This document shows, in pieces, positions 54,793 through 64,000 of a stretch of 64,000 nt of DNA (positions are counted from its first letter, which is position 1; every line of letters begins with the position of its first letter). The notes under the pieces are model-generated. The model had not been told where the DNA came from. It made no database searches and was given only the letters and a program-made list of their open reading frames with translations. Origin of the DNA: Rebecca billardiae RCC1528 (lineage: Eukaryota; Protista; Haptophyta); assembly GCA_965240325.2 (NCBI GenBank), contig OZ251223.1, forward strand, positions 3,534,001 through 3,598,000, read 5' to 3'. Made by a program: the position numbers and the translations under genes.

Positions 54793-56310
54793 ATGGGCGT
54801 GAGCGCGGATGTCACGCCGCCAGCGAAGCGACTCTGCTGCGCGGCCCCTCGCCCCTCGGCGGTGGCGAGTTGCCCGCACATCGAGGCGCACCGCGCCGCG
54901 AACGGCCGCCGATCGCTCGTCGCGGCGAGCCGCGCGGCGTACGCGCTCCGGCTGCAGCGGCAGCGGCCCGATGCGCGGCCGAGCGGCACGCAGGGGCCGC
55001 CCCGGCGGTGTTTTGCCTGCCAGCGCGAAGCGCCCGGCCGCCGGCTGCACCTTTGCCTGCACTGCGTGCACGTCGCGTGCCGGCCGACGCCGGGCGCGCG
55101 CGGCGGAGCCGCAGACCATGTCGACGAGCACCACCGCGCGACGGACGGGGCGCACTGCCTCGCCGTGGACCTCGAGAGCCTCGAGCTGTGGTGTGCGGCG
55201 TGCAAGGACTACGCGTACGACGACGAGTACGCCGCCATCCTCCGCTTCAACGCCGACAGCGACGCGCTCGCGCGCGCGGCCGACGCGCTGCTCGGCAGCT
55301 CGCCAGCCAAGGGCGGCGCTCCGGCCGAGGCGGTGCGCACGCTGCCCGAGCGCGCGCGCGCGCTGAGCGTGCCGCGGCCGCTGCTCGGGCTGCGCGGCAT
55401 CAACAACCTCGGCAACACGTGCTTCATGAACTCCGTCTTGCAGGTGTTTGTGCACTCGCCCCTGCTGCGGCTGTACTTTTTGGGCGACCGGCACAACCGG
55501 CGGCTGTGTGCGCGGCTGCGCGCGCAGCCGCAGCAGCAGCAGGCGGGGCCGCAGCGCGGGGCGAGCGAGGGCGCGAACGGCGCTGGCGCTAGCGGCACGC
55601 CCGGCGCCAACGGCACGAGCGGCTCGCCCACCGCGCGTGGCGCCTCGCCCTCGATCGATCTGACCGCGGGCGCGGACGACGGCGCGCCGAATGATGGCGG
55701 TGGCGCCGCCGGCGCGTCGCACTCGGTGTGCCTGGGGTGCGAGCTCGACCTGGTGTTCTCGCAGCTCTGGTCCGGGCAGCAGACCGCGTGGTCGCCGCAC
55801 GAGCTGCTCCACTCGATCTGGCGCTCGGTCGACCAGCTCGCCACGTACGCGCAGCAGGACGCGCACGAGTTCTACCTGGCGCTCATCCAGCAGCTGCACA
55901 CTCACACGCGCTCGGCGGCGGCCGCGGCCGGCGGCGGGGGCGGGGGCGGCGGGGCGGGCGGGGCCGCGGACGGGGAGGGGCGGGCGGGGAGGCGGGCGGC
56001 TGAGCCGACCACGCCCGCCGGGCCCGGCGCCAAGCCGTGCCCGTGCGTCGTGCACCGGCTGCTCTCAGGGCAGCTCTGCTCGGAGATGGTGTGCGCGACG
56101 TGCGGTGGCGCGCGCACGCAGTACGAGAGCTACTCCGATATCTCGTGCGATCTGCGCCAGGCAGCGCCGGCCGCGGCGGGGCCGCCCGCGGCGGCGGGCG
56201 CGGGCGCGGGCGCGGAGGCGGCGCCCGCGGCGCCCGCAGACGCCGCGGACGCCGGGCACCCGCCGGGCACTCAGCGAGGCGCGCCCTCGCCCCTGCCGCC
56301 GCTGGCGAGC

Positions 56311-56353
<43 letters not shown>

Positions 56354-57502
56354 TGGGCGGCGACGACGTGGACACGCTGTCCGATTGCCTCGAGCGGTGC
56401 GTGCCCTTCTCGGCTCGCGCTGCACCCCACGCCGCGCGCCGCCCCCGCTGCCCGCCCAGCCGCGCGCACGGCGCGACTCGCGCGCGCGCGCCGAGGCCCG
56501 CGATCGCGGGCGCGGCCGAGACACGGCTTGGCCTGCGCGCGCAGCTGTGTCGCCCGCCGCGCCCGCCGCCCGTCCGCCTGCGCTCACGCGCACCCCGCCG
56601 CGGCGCCGCGCGCCCGCGCGCCTCCGCCGTGCACGCGCGCCGCAGCTTCACCTGCCCCGAGCAGCTCGGCGACCAGCAGCGCTTCTACTGCGACGGGTGC
56701 GCCAAGTTCTGCCCCGCGCTCAAGCAGCTCTCCTTCCGCACGCTGCCGCCCATCCTCGCGTGCCACCTCAAGCGGTTTAAGACCGACTCGGCCGGCGCGC
56801 ACGGCGCCGCGCACAAGGCGAAGAGCGGCGGCGGCGGCGGGCACACCTCGGCGAAGCTCGAGTCGTACGTCTCCTTCCCGCTCGAGGTGCGCCGCGCCCG
56901 GCGGCGGCACGGCTCCCGGTCGCCGCGCGCGCCCGCCGCGTGCGCCCGCGCGCCCGCCCGCCCACCCGCCCTGCACGCCCGCACCTGTCCGCCCTGGGCC
57001 GGCGCAGGGGCTCGACATGAGCGCGTACCTCGCCGAGAACGTCGCGCGCGCGCGCTCCGGCGGCGGCGGCGCCGCCGGCGCGGACGGCAATGGCTCGCCC
57101 GCCGTCAAGACCGAGTCCGGTGCAGCCGCGGCCGAGAATGGAGGCGCGGCCGGCCGCGCGGGCGGCGCCGCGCCGAGCTCTGAGCACCTCTACGACCTCT
57201 TCGGCGTGATCGTGCACCACGGCACGATCAACGCGGGGCACTACACGTCGTTCGTCAAGCACTGCGGCCGATGGTACAACTGCGACGACGCGTGGGTCGT
57301 CGCGGTCACGGAGGAGGAGGTGCGGCGCGCGCGCGCCTACTTGCTCTTCTACGCGCGCAGGGGCGCGGGCGCAGACGCGCTCGATGGCGTCTCGTCCCTT
57401 GTGCTGCCGCGCGCCGCCGCCAAGGGCGCGCACGCCGGTGGCGTGGCGCTGGGCACGGCGGTGCGCGCCGACGCCGAAGCTGCTCGCATGGATGTGTGTT
57501 AG
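54793..57502 (+). CDS. USP22: Ubiquitin-specific protease USP22/Ubp8-like (ZnF-UBP + USP); exons 54793-56396, 56646-56886, 57008-57502
   Basis: ZnF-UBP (CPH...CFAC...CLHC...H...WCAACKDY), Cys box GINNLGNTCFMNSVLQ, QQDAHEFY, His box HHGTINAGHY...CDD; two GT-AG introns restore CLER|FT and FPLE|GLDM. Confidence 0.9.
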
Positions 57503-57955
57503 AACCCCCGCGGCCGCCCTGTGGACGCCTGCCCCAGGCCGCCGAGCGGGAATGCCGGTTCGCCTTGGTAGCTACTGTTGTCACACCACGCGCAAGCCGC
57601 GTGACGCATGCCAGGCGGGCTGTCACACCGCCTGCCATTGGGCGTGCGCGCTTTTGCTCTGCCAGCTGGCGCGAGCGATAATTCGTGATACGGTGTACTC
57701 ATGTAGCCGGTGGCTCCATAGCCAGGCTGAGTCAGTGCCCGTGAGAACATGAGAACCATCCGCCACCCAGTTGCCGGACCACGTCTTCAGCCGCTCCACT
57801 TGCTTGCACCGACGACGATGACAGCGTCAATGAGAGTCGTAGCGCATTGAACTGAGATTGAAGATGCAGCGCAAACGACGAAACTCGCCTTGCCGCTGCG
57901 GACAACGGCCGTCTCGATCACGCGCGCGGCGTCCGCCACGCAAACGAACGACATC

Positions 57956-60022
57956 ATGAGCGGCAAGCTCGAGGAGCGTCGACGCCGTCTCCAGGCGGCA
58001 AAAGTCAAGATCGACGCGCTGTGCCGATGCGACGACAGCGCGCAGGCGGCATTCACTTACCTCGTGGCCAAAGTGGACGGCACGCTCAGCGAGGACACCC
58101 CGCGCGAGCGGCTGCGCGACTTGGGACTGCACACAGACGGCTGCAAGGCGCAGCTTGTTGGCCGCCTCGAGGCGGCAATGCGCGTCCCTGTGCCCCGCGC
58201 CGTGCTCGAGGCGGCGTCGCCTGTGCTCAAGGAGGCATGCTCGCTGGCGCCCGGCTCCTGCCTGCTCCCCATCGACTGCGAGGCGCCTGAGCTCAACATC
58301 ATCGCACAGGCGCTCGTCAGCGACGCCAAAGACGTCCTCGCCATCCGAATGGCTGACGGAGAGCAGGAGTCAGTGCTGCGCATCATCATGCATGCGGCAG
58401 CGCTTGGCCTGCACGACATGGCCATCGCGGCGGCCACGCTGTGCTTCGCCGCGCTCGAGACACCGGTCTGCGCCTCTGGTGACGGCCTCAAGCTCCTCGA
58501 CGTGACAGCGCGCGCGATGCGGGCCTCAGGCGGTCGGATGGCGGCTGAGAAGTGGGTCGGCACGCTGGCAAACCTCGTTCAGAGCGTCAACGCCAAGTCG
58601 GACGGCGATGTCACGCTCGAACGCTTCATCGAGAGGCCGTTTGGTGGGCATGATGCCTGGGGCTCGATTGCTGCGCCGAGTCTCGCCCTGATCGCCCGCG
58701 CACTGCCGGCCGACGTGAACGAGCTGCTGCCACTCACGTGGTGGACTCAAGGTGAGTTTATGCGGACACTTTGGGCTGGTTGCGAAACTACGTGCTTCTC
58801 ACTTGCGCTGCCTGACTCTGAGCTGGACGGAGAGCGCGTGGCGCTGACGATGCAGCTGCACTTAAGCGGGTCCTCCCTCACGGGCGTCTCTGTCTCGAGT
58901 GCTGCGGTGCCGCTGTGCATGGACATACACGTGTGTGTGGGCGCGGCGAATACTAAGGTACTCGGCGCGTTCCTCAACTCGAACCCGACGTGCGTGAAGG
59001 CTCAAAGCGCCGTGCAGTGCACGTGGTCTGATCTCATGAAGGTGGAAGTGTGTGTGCGGCGCGCCGCGTCCAACGCGCGCATCAACCTGCTCCTCGACTG
59101 GCTGCGCGAGAACCCCAGCCCGCACGTGAAGCTGCCCGAGCTGCCGCGCCGTGCGCCGCTGCAGCCTGCGATGTGGTGCGAGCTGCTCGCATACGTCGAC
59201 GTCGCGCACGGTGATGTGGACGAGCTCGACAAGGGCGTATTCGACGACATCGTGCTGCCGCACGCCTCGCGCCACTTTGCCAAGATCTCTGCATGCGCAG
59301 AGTTTGCCAACGTGCCGCTCCGCATCACCAAGTGGCTCGTCGCCCAGCGCCTCTCGAGCGGGGCAGCAGGTGGCGACAGTGTTGTCAGCACAGCTGTACG
59401 TTGGGCGGTCGCAAACGTCAATCTCGGCCGGGCTCCGGATGCGGTGCAGCTCGTGGAGAGTCTTGGCCTGGCTGATCTCAGCTGGGCGGAGATGCAGGCC
59501 CTGATAGCCGGGGTGGGCGAATTGCGCGATGCGTGCGCCGCGTTTGCGCCGCTGCGCGAAGCCGTCGCGGGTGAGCTCGCTCGCGGCCTAACCGCGCACG
59601 CGCACTCGCCCAAGTCGCCATCGGAAGAACTCATCTGCCCGATCACGCATGAGCTGCTGAAGGACGCGACTTTGCTCGTGGCAGACGGGCACACGTACTC
59701 CAAGGCCTCGCTCGAGCGCTGGCTCAGGGACCACGACACCAGTCCCACGACGGGTGCGGCACTGGCGTCCAAGACCACAGTCGAGAATTGGGCTGTGCGC
59801 AAGATGGTCGAAGAGGCGCACGAGCGCTCGACGAAACGCAGGCGGCTGCTCTCACCAGTGGCTGTGGCTGCGGACGAAGCATTCGAGCTGGACGGCCCTG
59901 CGCGAGCGCCATCCGCATGCGCTCTTTCAACAGCGTCTGCGATGCTACAGGAGTGGCTCGCCGAGTCCTCTCGTTGCGACCCGAAAGTAGCGAAAGACGA
60001 CGACGGCATCGCAAGTCATTGA
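57956..60022 (+). CDS. U-box protein with N-terminal SAP motif and degenerate BTB/BACK-like regions
   Basis: U-box ELICPITHELLKD...DGHTYSKASLERWL..HDTSPTTG...ENWAVRKMVEE; SAP RERLRDLGLHTDGCKAQLVGRLEAA. Confidence 0.8.
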   Translation: MSGKLEERRRRLQAAKVKIDALCRCDDSAQAAFTYLVAKVDGTLSEDTPRERLRDLGLHTDGCKAQLVGRLEAAMRVPVPRAVLEAASPVLKEACSLAPGSCLLPIDCEAPELNIIAQALVSDAKDVLAIRMADGEQESVLRIIMHAAALGLHDMAIAAATLCFAALETPVCASGDGLKLLDVTARAMRASGGRMAAEKWVGTLANLVQSVNAKSDGDVTLERFIERPFGGHDAWGSIAAPSLALIARALPADVNELLPLTWWTQGEFMRTLWAGCETTCFSLALPDSELDGERVALTMQLHLSGSSLTGVSVSSAAVPLCMDIHVCVGAANTKVLGAFLNSNPTCVKAQSAVQCTWSDLMKVEVCVRRAASNARINLLLDWLRENPSPHVKLPELPRRAPLQPAMWCELLAYVDVAHGDVDELDKGVFDDIVLPHASRHFAKISACAEFANVPLRITKWLVAQRLSSGAAGGDSVVSTAVRWAVANVNLGRAPDAVQLVESLGLADLSWAEMQALIAGVGELRDACAAFAPLREAVAGELARGLTAHAHSPKSPSEELICPITHELLKDATLLVADGHTYSKASLERWLRDHDTSPTTGAALASKTTVENWAVRKMVEEAHERSTKRRRLLSPVAVAADEAFELDGPARAPSACALSTASAMLQEWLAESSRCDPKVAKDDDGIASH

Positions 60023-60447
60023 CCCAATGACGTCATCCGCCAGCTGCATCAGGCAAGCTCGTCAACCCTTCATCGTCACAGTGATACTGCGCTGACGATG
60101 ACAGGCGACGCGAGTCATATCGATCATCGTCATCGTGATGATCATCCGCCGCGCATCGCGTGATGACGACTCCGACCGCCTGCATCAGCAGATTCAGACC
60201 TGCTAAAGCTCAGTCCGTGAGGAGGCGTGACGACCGTATGCCCGCGAATTCATCGTGATCGTCGTCATCAATATACATCATCATCATAGTAGCAGTAGCA
60301 GCGCTATACGCGCATAAATACTGCTGCTCATAATCATATATATAATATATATCGCGACGATTAATTATTATTGGCGCCCGAGCATCGACGCGCCGCCGCG
60401 ATCGAGGACGCACTCAAGGCGGTCACACGGGTGGCGCATCGCCGTCG

Positions 60448-62970
60448 TCAGCTGCACTCGTGCTGGCTCCACAGCGGGTTGGCCTCGGGCCCGAAAAAGA
60501 GCTCGAGCTCGATGCAACCGTTGGGCTCACTCCGAGGCTCGCTCGCGCGAAGCGTGGGACCGGACTGTTGCCCAGCGGCGTCCGCTCGTCCAAGCTCTCG
60601 CGGGGTGCCGTGAGCAGCGGTGCTGGCTGCTGTCACACGCGCACGCTGTGACAGCGACGCGGAGCCCGGAGCGGCGGCGGGCGCAGCGAGCGCAGCCAGC
60701 GCTCGCTGGAGGCGAGCTGCTGCGCGCTGCAGCCGGTGCGGCGTGCTGTGACCCGCGGCCAACGCCGCGGCCGCGCCCTCCAGATCTGCGCGTGTGCGAG
60801 CGTCGATGCGCGCCGAGCGCGTGTGTGCCGGCATGACGCTCACCGCGGCGCCCTCCGAGGGGGCCGCGCCCACTTCCGCGCACGCCTCGCACAGCCGCGC
60901 GGCGGCGAGGACGAGAGGCAGGCTGTCGGCGCCCCGCCGCGCGTCGTGTGGGCCCAGCCGAGAAGAGTGCCCTGTGCCAGCACCATCACCCGCGCGCCCG
61001 TCGCCATACACGTCCGCTGTGTCGGTGTGCCCGGCACCGGCGGCGGTGGGGCGTCCACCAGCAGGTGCGCCGGCTGTGAGCGCGCGCGCGAGGGCTGGGA
61101 GCAGGATCTCGCAGCAGGCGCCGTGCACTGGCTGCGCGGGGCAGGCGCACGGCGCCAGCGCCGCGCCGATGGCGCCTGCGAGCTGCGCACCCGCCGTGCG
61201 CGCGCGCGCATCCGAGCCTGCCCCGAGCAGGAGGCTGCGCGCGCTCTGGGCCAGCGAGCAGGCTGCACGCGCGCACGCGCACTCTGTGGCGTCCGTCTGA
61301 GGGCGGTCGGGCGCGCTGCGCGGCCGCTTACTGCCCGCGCACAGCCGCGCCGCGGGCGCGCGCGCCACCGCGCCCGCGTCGGCAGCGGCGGCAGCAGCAG
61401 CAGCAGCAGCAGCCGTGGCCTCATCGTGCAACCCGCCCCTCGGCGCCAATGAGTCCGCGTCAGTCGTCACATGCGAGCTCGACGCGTGCGCATGCTCGCC
61501 ACCCGAAGCGGCTGCTGGCACGCCGTGCAACGCAGCGGGCGGCAGCTCGCAGCTCTGCCCTCCACGGGCCCTCGGCTCCTGAGCGCGCGCAGCCGGGGAC
61601 TCGATGGGGCGCACGGCCTCAGGCGCGCCGAGGGCAGGCAGGAGCCCAGCGGCGCACAGCTGGGCCAGCGCCTCGAGCCCTGAGCCAAACGCTCGCGCGT
61701 GCGCCACCTCCGCCTCCTCCACATCGTCGTCGGCGCACACGCCGCCGCTGCTCGTCACGCGCGCGTCGTCGTCTGCGGCCCGCACAGGCGGCGAGGATGC
61801 AGCCCCAGCGCCATCGGGCGCGTGGGGAGTGGCCCCGGCCCAGCCGGGGATGCCGAGTGCGGCACCCACGCACGCCGCGAGGGCGGTCTGCTCGAGCAGC
61901 GCGGCGACGTGGGCGCTCTGCGCGCCCTCGGCGAGAAGCGCGCGTTCGCCCAGCCTGCCCGCGAGCTCGGCCAGCACCGCCAGCCGGCCGAGGCACGCCG
62001 CGCGCGACGGCCCCGCAGCGGCCGGGGCGACCGGGCTGGCCAGGGCAGCGCCCGCGCGGGCGAGCGCGGCACGCGCCTCCGTGCCGAGCTCGGCTGCAGC
62101 GGGATCCGCCACGTCACGCCCGTGCGCACTGCGCACCCCGCCGCAGCGTGCCGAAGCCGCCGCTGAAGCCGCCGCGCGCGCGGCTGCCGCAGCAGCCTCG
62201 GGCGCGGGCTCCCGTGCAGACACAGTTGCCCCGGGTGGAGCAGCCGTGCGGCAGCTGGCCGCAGCGCAGTGGCATCGGCAGCAGGAGACGCGGTCAGCTC
62301 GTAGAGGGGACGGTGAGCGCCCGCCATCGTCACGACGACTGGCGTCAGACTCCTCAGCGGCGCCTCCACCGCCGCCACACACGCGCCCATCCCCAGCAGC
62401 CCAGCCGCCGCCAGCCCGCGTGGGCGTGAGTCGGAAGGTAAGCAGCCGCAGCGCGCTGTCGCGCACGCGCACGCTGGCGTGCTGGGCGGTGGTGAGGAGG
62501 CGGCTGACGCGGGCAGCATCCGGCGGTAGTAGCGCGAGTAGCGGCGCGGAGAGCGCGCCGTGCTCGGCCAGCCTCGCCAGGGCACACAGCGAGCTGTGCC
62601 GCAGCACCAGCGGCTGCCCGCCGGCCGCGCACGCGGACCAGCGCGCCGCGAGCTCGGCGTGCTCGGAGAGGAGGCGCGCCTGGGCGGCGGGGTTGGCGGC
62701 TAGAACGCCGCACACCTCCACGCCGGTCGCAGCCACGCGCGGATTCGCGTGCTCCAGCGCCTGGCAGAGGCTGGCGGCGACCGGGATGGACAGCAGCTCG
62801 CGAGCGAGCGCTGGCGCTCTGCGCACAGCCTCGCCGAGCCACTCGACGAAGGCGGCGCACGCGGTGTCAGAGACCGCGGCGCATGTGTCGCGTACAGCCG
62901 CGTCAGCGCCTGCGCGCCCGCCTGCCGAGCGCACGAGCCACGCCAAGTTGGCCTCCGTGCAATTTTGCAT
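60448..62970 (-). CDS. HEAT/ARM-like helical repeat protein, function unknown (weak BRAT1-like impression)
   Basis: Long ORF with amphipathic helical repeats (LCQALEHANPRVAATGVEVCGVLA; ASVRVRDSALRLL) separated by low-complexity inserts. Confidence 0.55.
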   Translation of the reverse strand: MQNCTEANLAWLVRSAGGRAGADAAVRDTCAAVSDTACAAFVEWLGEAVRRAPALARELLSIPVAASLCQALEHANPRVAATGVEVCGVLAANPAAQARLLSEHAELAARWSACAAGGQPLVLRHSSLCALARLAEHGALSAPLLALLPPDAARVSRLLTTAQHASVRVRDSALRLLTFRLTPTRAGGGWAAGDGRVCGGGGGAAEESDASRRDDGGRSPSPLRADRVSCCRCHCAAASCRTAAPPGATVSAREPAPEAAAAAARAAASAAASARCGGVRSAHGRDVADPAAAELGTEARAALARAGAALASPVAPAAAGPSRAACLGRLAVLAELAGRLGERALLAEGAQSAHVAALLEQTALAACVGAALGIPGWAGATPHAPDGAGAASSPPVRAADDDARVTSSGGVCADDDVEEAEVAHARAFGSGLEALAQLCAAGLLPALGAPEAVRPIESPAARAQEPRARGGQSCELPPAALHGVPAAASGGEHAHASSSHVTTDADSLAPRGGLHDEATAAAAAAAAAAADAGAVARAPAARLCAGSKRPRSAPDRPQTDATECACARAACSLAQSARSLLLGAGSDARARTAGAQLAGAIGAALAPCACPAQPVHGACCEILLPALARALTAGAPAGGRPTAAGAGHTDTADVYGDGRAGDGAGTGHSSRLGPHDARRGADSLPLVLAAARLCEACAEVGAAPSEGAAVSVMPAHTRSARIDARTRADLEGAAAALAAGHSTPHRLQRAAARLQRALAALAAPAAAPGSASLSQRARVTAASTAAHGTPRELGRADAAGQQSGPTLRASEPRSEPNGCIELELFFGPEANPLWSQHECS

Positions 62971-63427
62971 GATGCGCACGCGCCGCGGCAGCCATCGTTG
63001 TCAGGCCGGCCTGCAGCGAACGCCTCTTCCTGGCACTTTGCATGTACATCATCGATCAATGATTGTACAGTTGTACACAGTACTACAGTATTGTTCCCTG
63101 CACAGTGCACACTGACATTGACATTAGCTCATGAGCCACCGCTCTCTGCTGACAACGACGATGCCATTGCCAGACGAGCCTGGACAGGAACAATGCGCTT
63201 AGATCGCCGCTCGCGTTGCTGCTGACTTGCTGCGCAAACTCGGCGTCGGACTCCGTCGGCGGAAGCGGTGACACTGACCGTGAGCACCGAGTGACCTGAC
63301 TGTAGAGTGTAGTTAGTGACCGCGTGCTGCCGCCGGCTGCCCGCGCTGCACTGAGCCATTTCTGGCCAGCCGATTACGCCGCCAGGTCACGCACTGACGA
63401 GCTCAATCAACCAGATCCCTCACATGA

Positions 63428-64000
63428 TCAGCGCCGACGCCGGCCGGCGCCAGCACGCCCACCGGCGCCAGCACGCCCACCGGCGCCAGCACCGGCGACC
63501 GCGCGCCCACCCCTGTCGGTGCGCACCGCGACGAAGCGCGCCGAGCCGCGGGAGCCGCGCCTCGGCATGTCCGCCTCTTTCGCAGCCGCGCCCGCGCCCG
63601 CCTGCGCGGCATCGGGCGCGGCTTGCCGCCGCCGCCGCGGTGGCGCGCCCTTGGCTCCCGGCGGGCCGGCCGCGGCCACGGGCTGCCTGGGCTGCTCGCT
63701 CGCGCGGCGCGGCGGCGGCGCGGCGCGCGGGCCGGGCTTGCGCGCGCCGGCCCGCGGCGTGCGCGCGGACGAGACGTGCGTCGCGCCGCCCGGCCGCTGC
63801 AGCTCTCGCGCCAGCTCGGCGTCGTACTTGGTCACGAGGCTGGTCACGATCCCCTTGGCGCCCGCGCGCGCCGTGCGGCCCGCCCTGTGCAGGTAGTCGA
63901 CGGACGAGCGCGCAAAGTCGAACTGCACGACGTGCGCCACGTTGAGGCCGTCCAGCCCGCGCGCGGCGAGGTCGGAGCAGACGAGCAGGTCCGTCCGACC
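63428..64000 (-). CDS. DEAD-box RNA helicase, C-terminal part (5'-partial)
   Basis: [12 protein letters not shown] (motif V), [19 protein letters not shown] (motif VI). Confidence 0.9.
   Translation of the reverse strand, partial: GRTDLLVCSDLAARGLDGLNVAHVVQFDFARSSVDYLHRAGRTARAGAKGIVTSLVTKYDAELARELQRPGGATHVSSARTPRAGARKPGPRAAPPPRRASEQPRQPVAAAGPPGAKGAPPRRRRQAAPDAAQAGAGAAAKEADMPRRGSRGSARFVAVRTDRGGRAVAGAGAGGRAGAGGRAGAGRRRR

Noticed and set aside
60448-62970. BRAT1 gene symbol
   Set aside because: Only a vague resemblance (HEAT-like body, C-terminal ECS versus DCY); needs a profile search.

Overview
Very GC-rich, gene-dense eukaryotic nuclear DNA with few, short GTGCG...CGCAG introns. The style suggests a haptophyte alga such as Pavlovales/Diacronema, but that is inference only. 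The main feature is missed by the ORF track because its frame runs off the window. It is one giant minus-strand gene (ATG 16371, one 155-nt intron, still open at position 1, >5,400 codons). It encodes a plant-Shaker/SKOR-AKT-type 6TM channel with cNMP-binding domain and ankyrin repeats, fused in frame to a tandem array of at least six complete LOV-RGS-LOV modules. The window holds 13 LOV domains, all with GRNCRFLQG, and 6 RGS-like domains, i.e. a helmchrome-like photoreceptor array on an ion channel. This is a candidate natural blue-light-regulated channel / G-protein-signalling hub. Other genes, in order: thioredoxin, TMEM216, R3H-fused PRORP, RlmI-like methyltransferase, Sen1/senataxin-like helicase, a small beta-rich orphan, a multi-TM sulfatase, an atypical Pol delta/zeta-like polymerase with an N-terminal AP-endonuclease-like domain, a PUB protein, a papain-like peptidase, USP22/Ubp8, a SAP-BTB-BACK-U-box protein, a HEAT/ARM-like protein and the 3' end of a DEAD-box helicase. 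Non-coding features: a ~3-kb long-TIR non-autonomous element just upstream of thioredoxin, a CpG-depleted island, a CACGTG cluster and two microsatellites.
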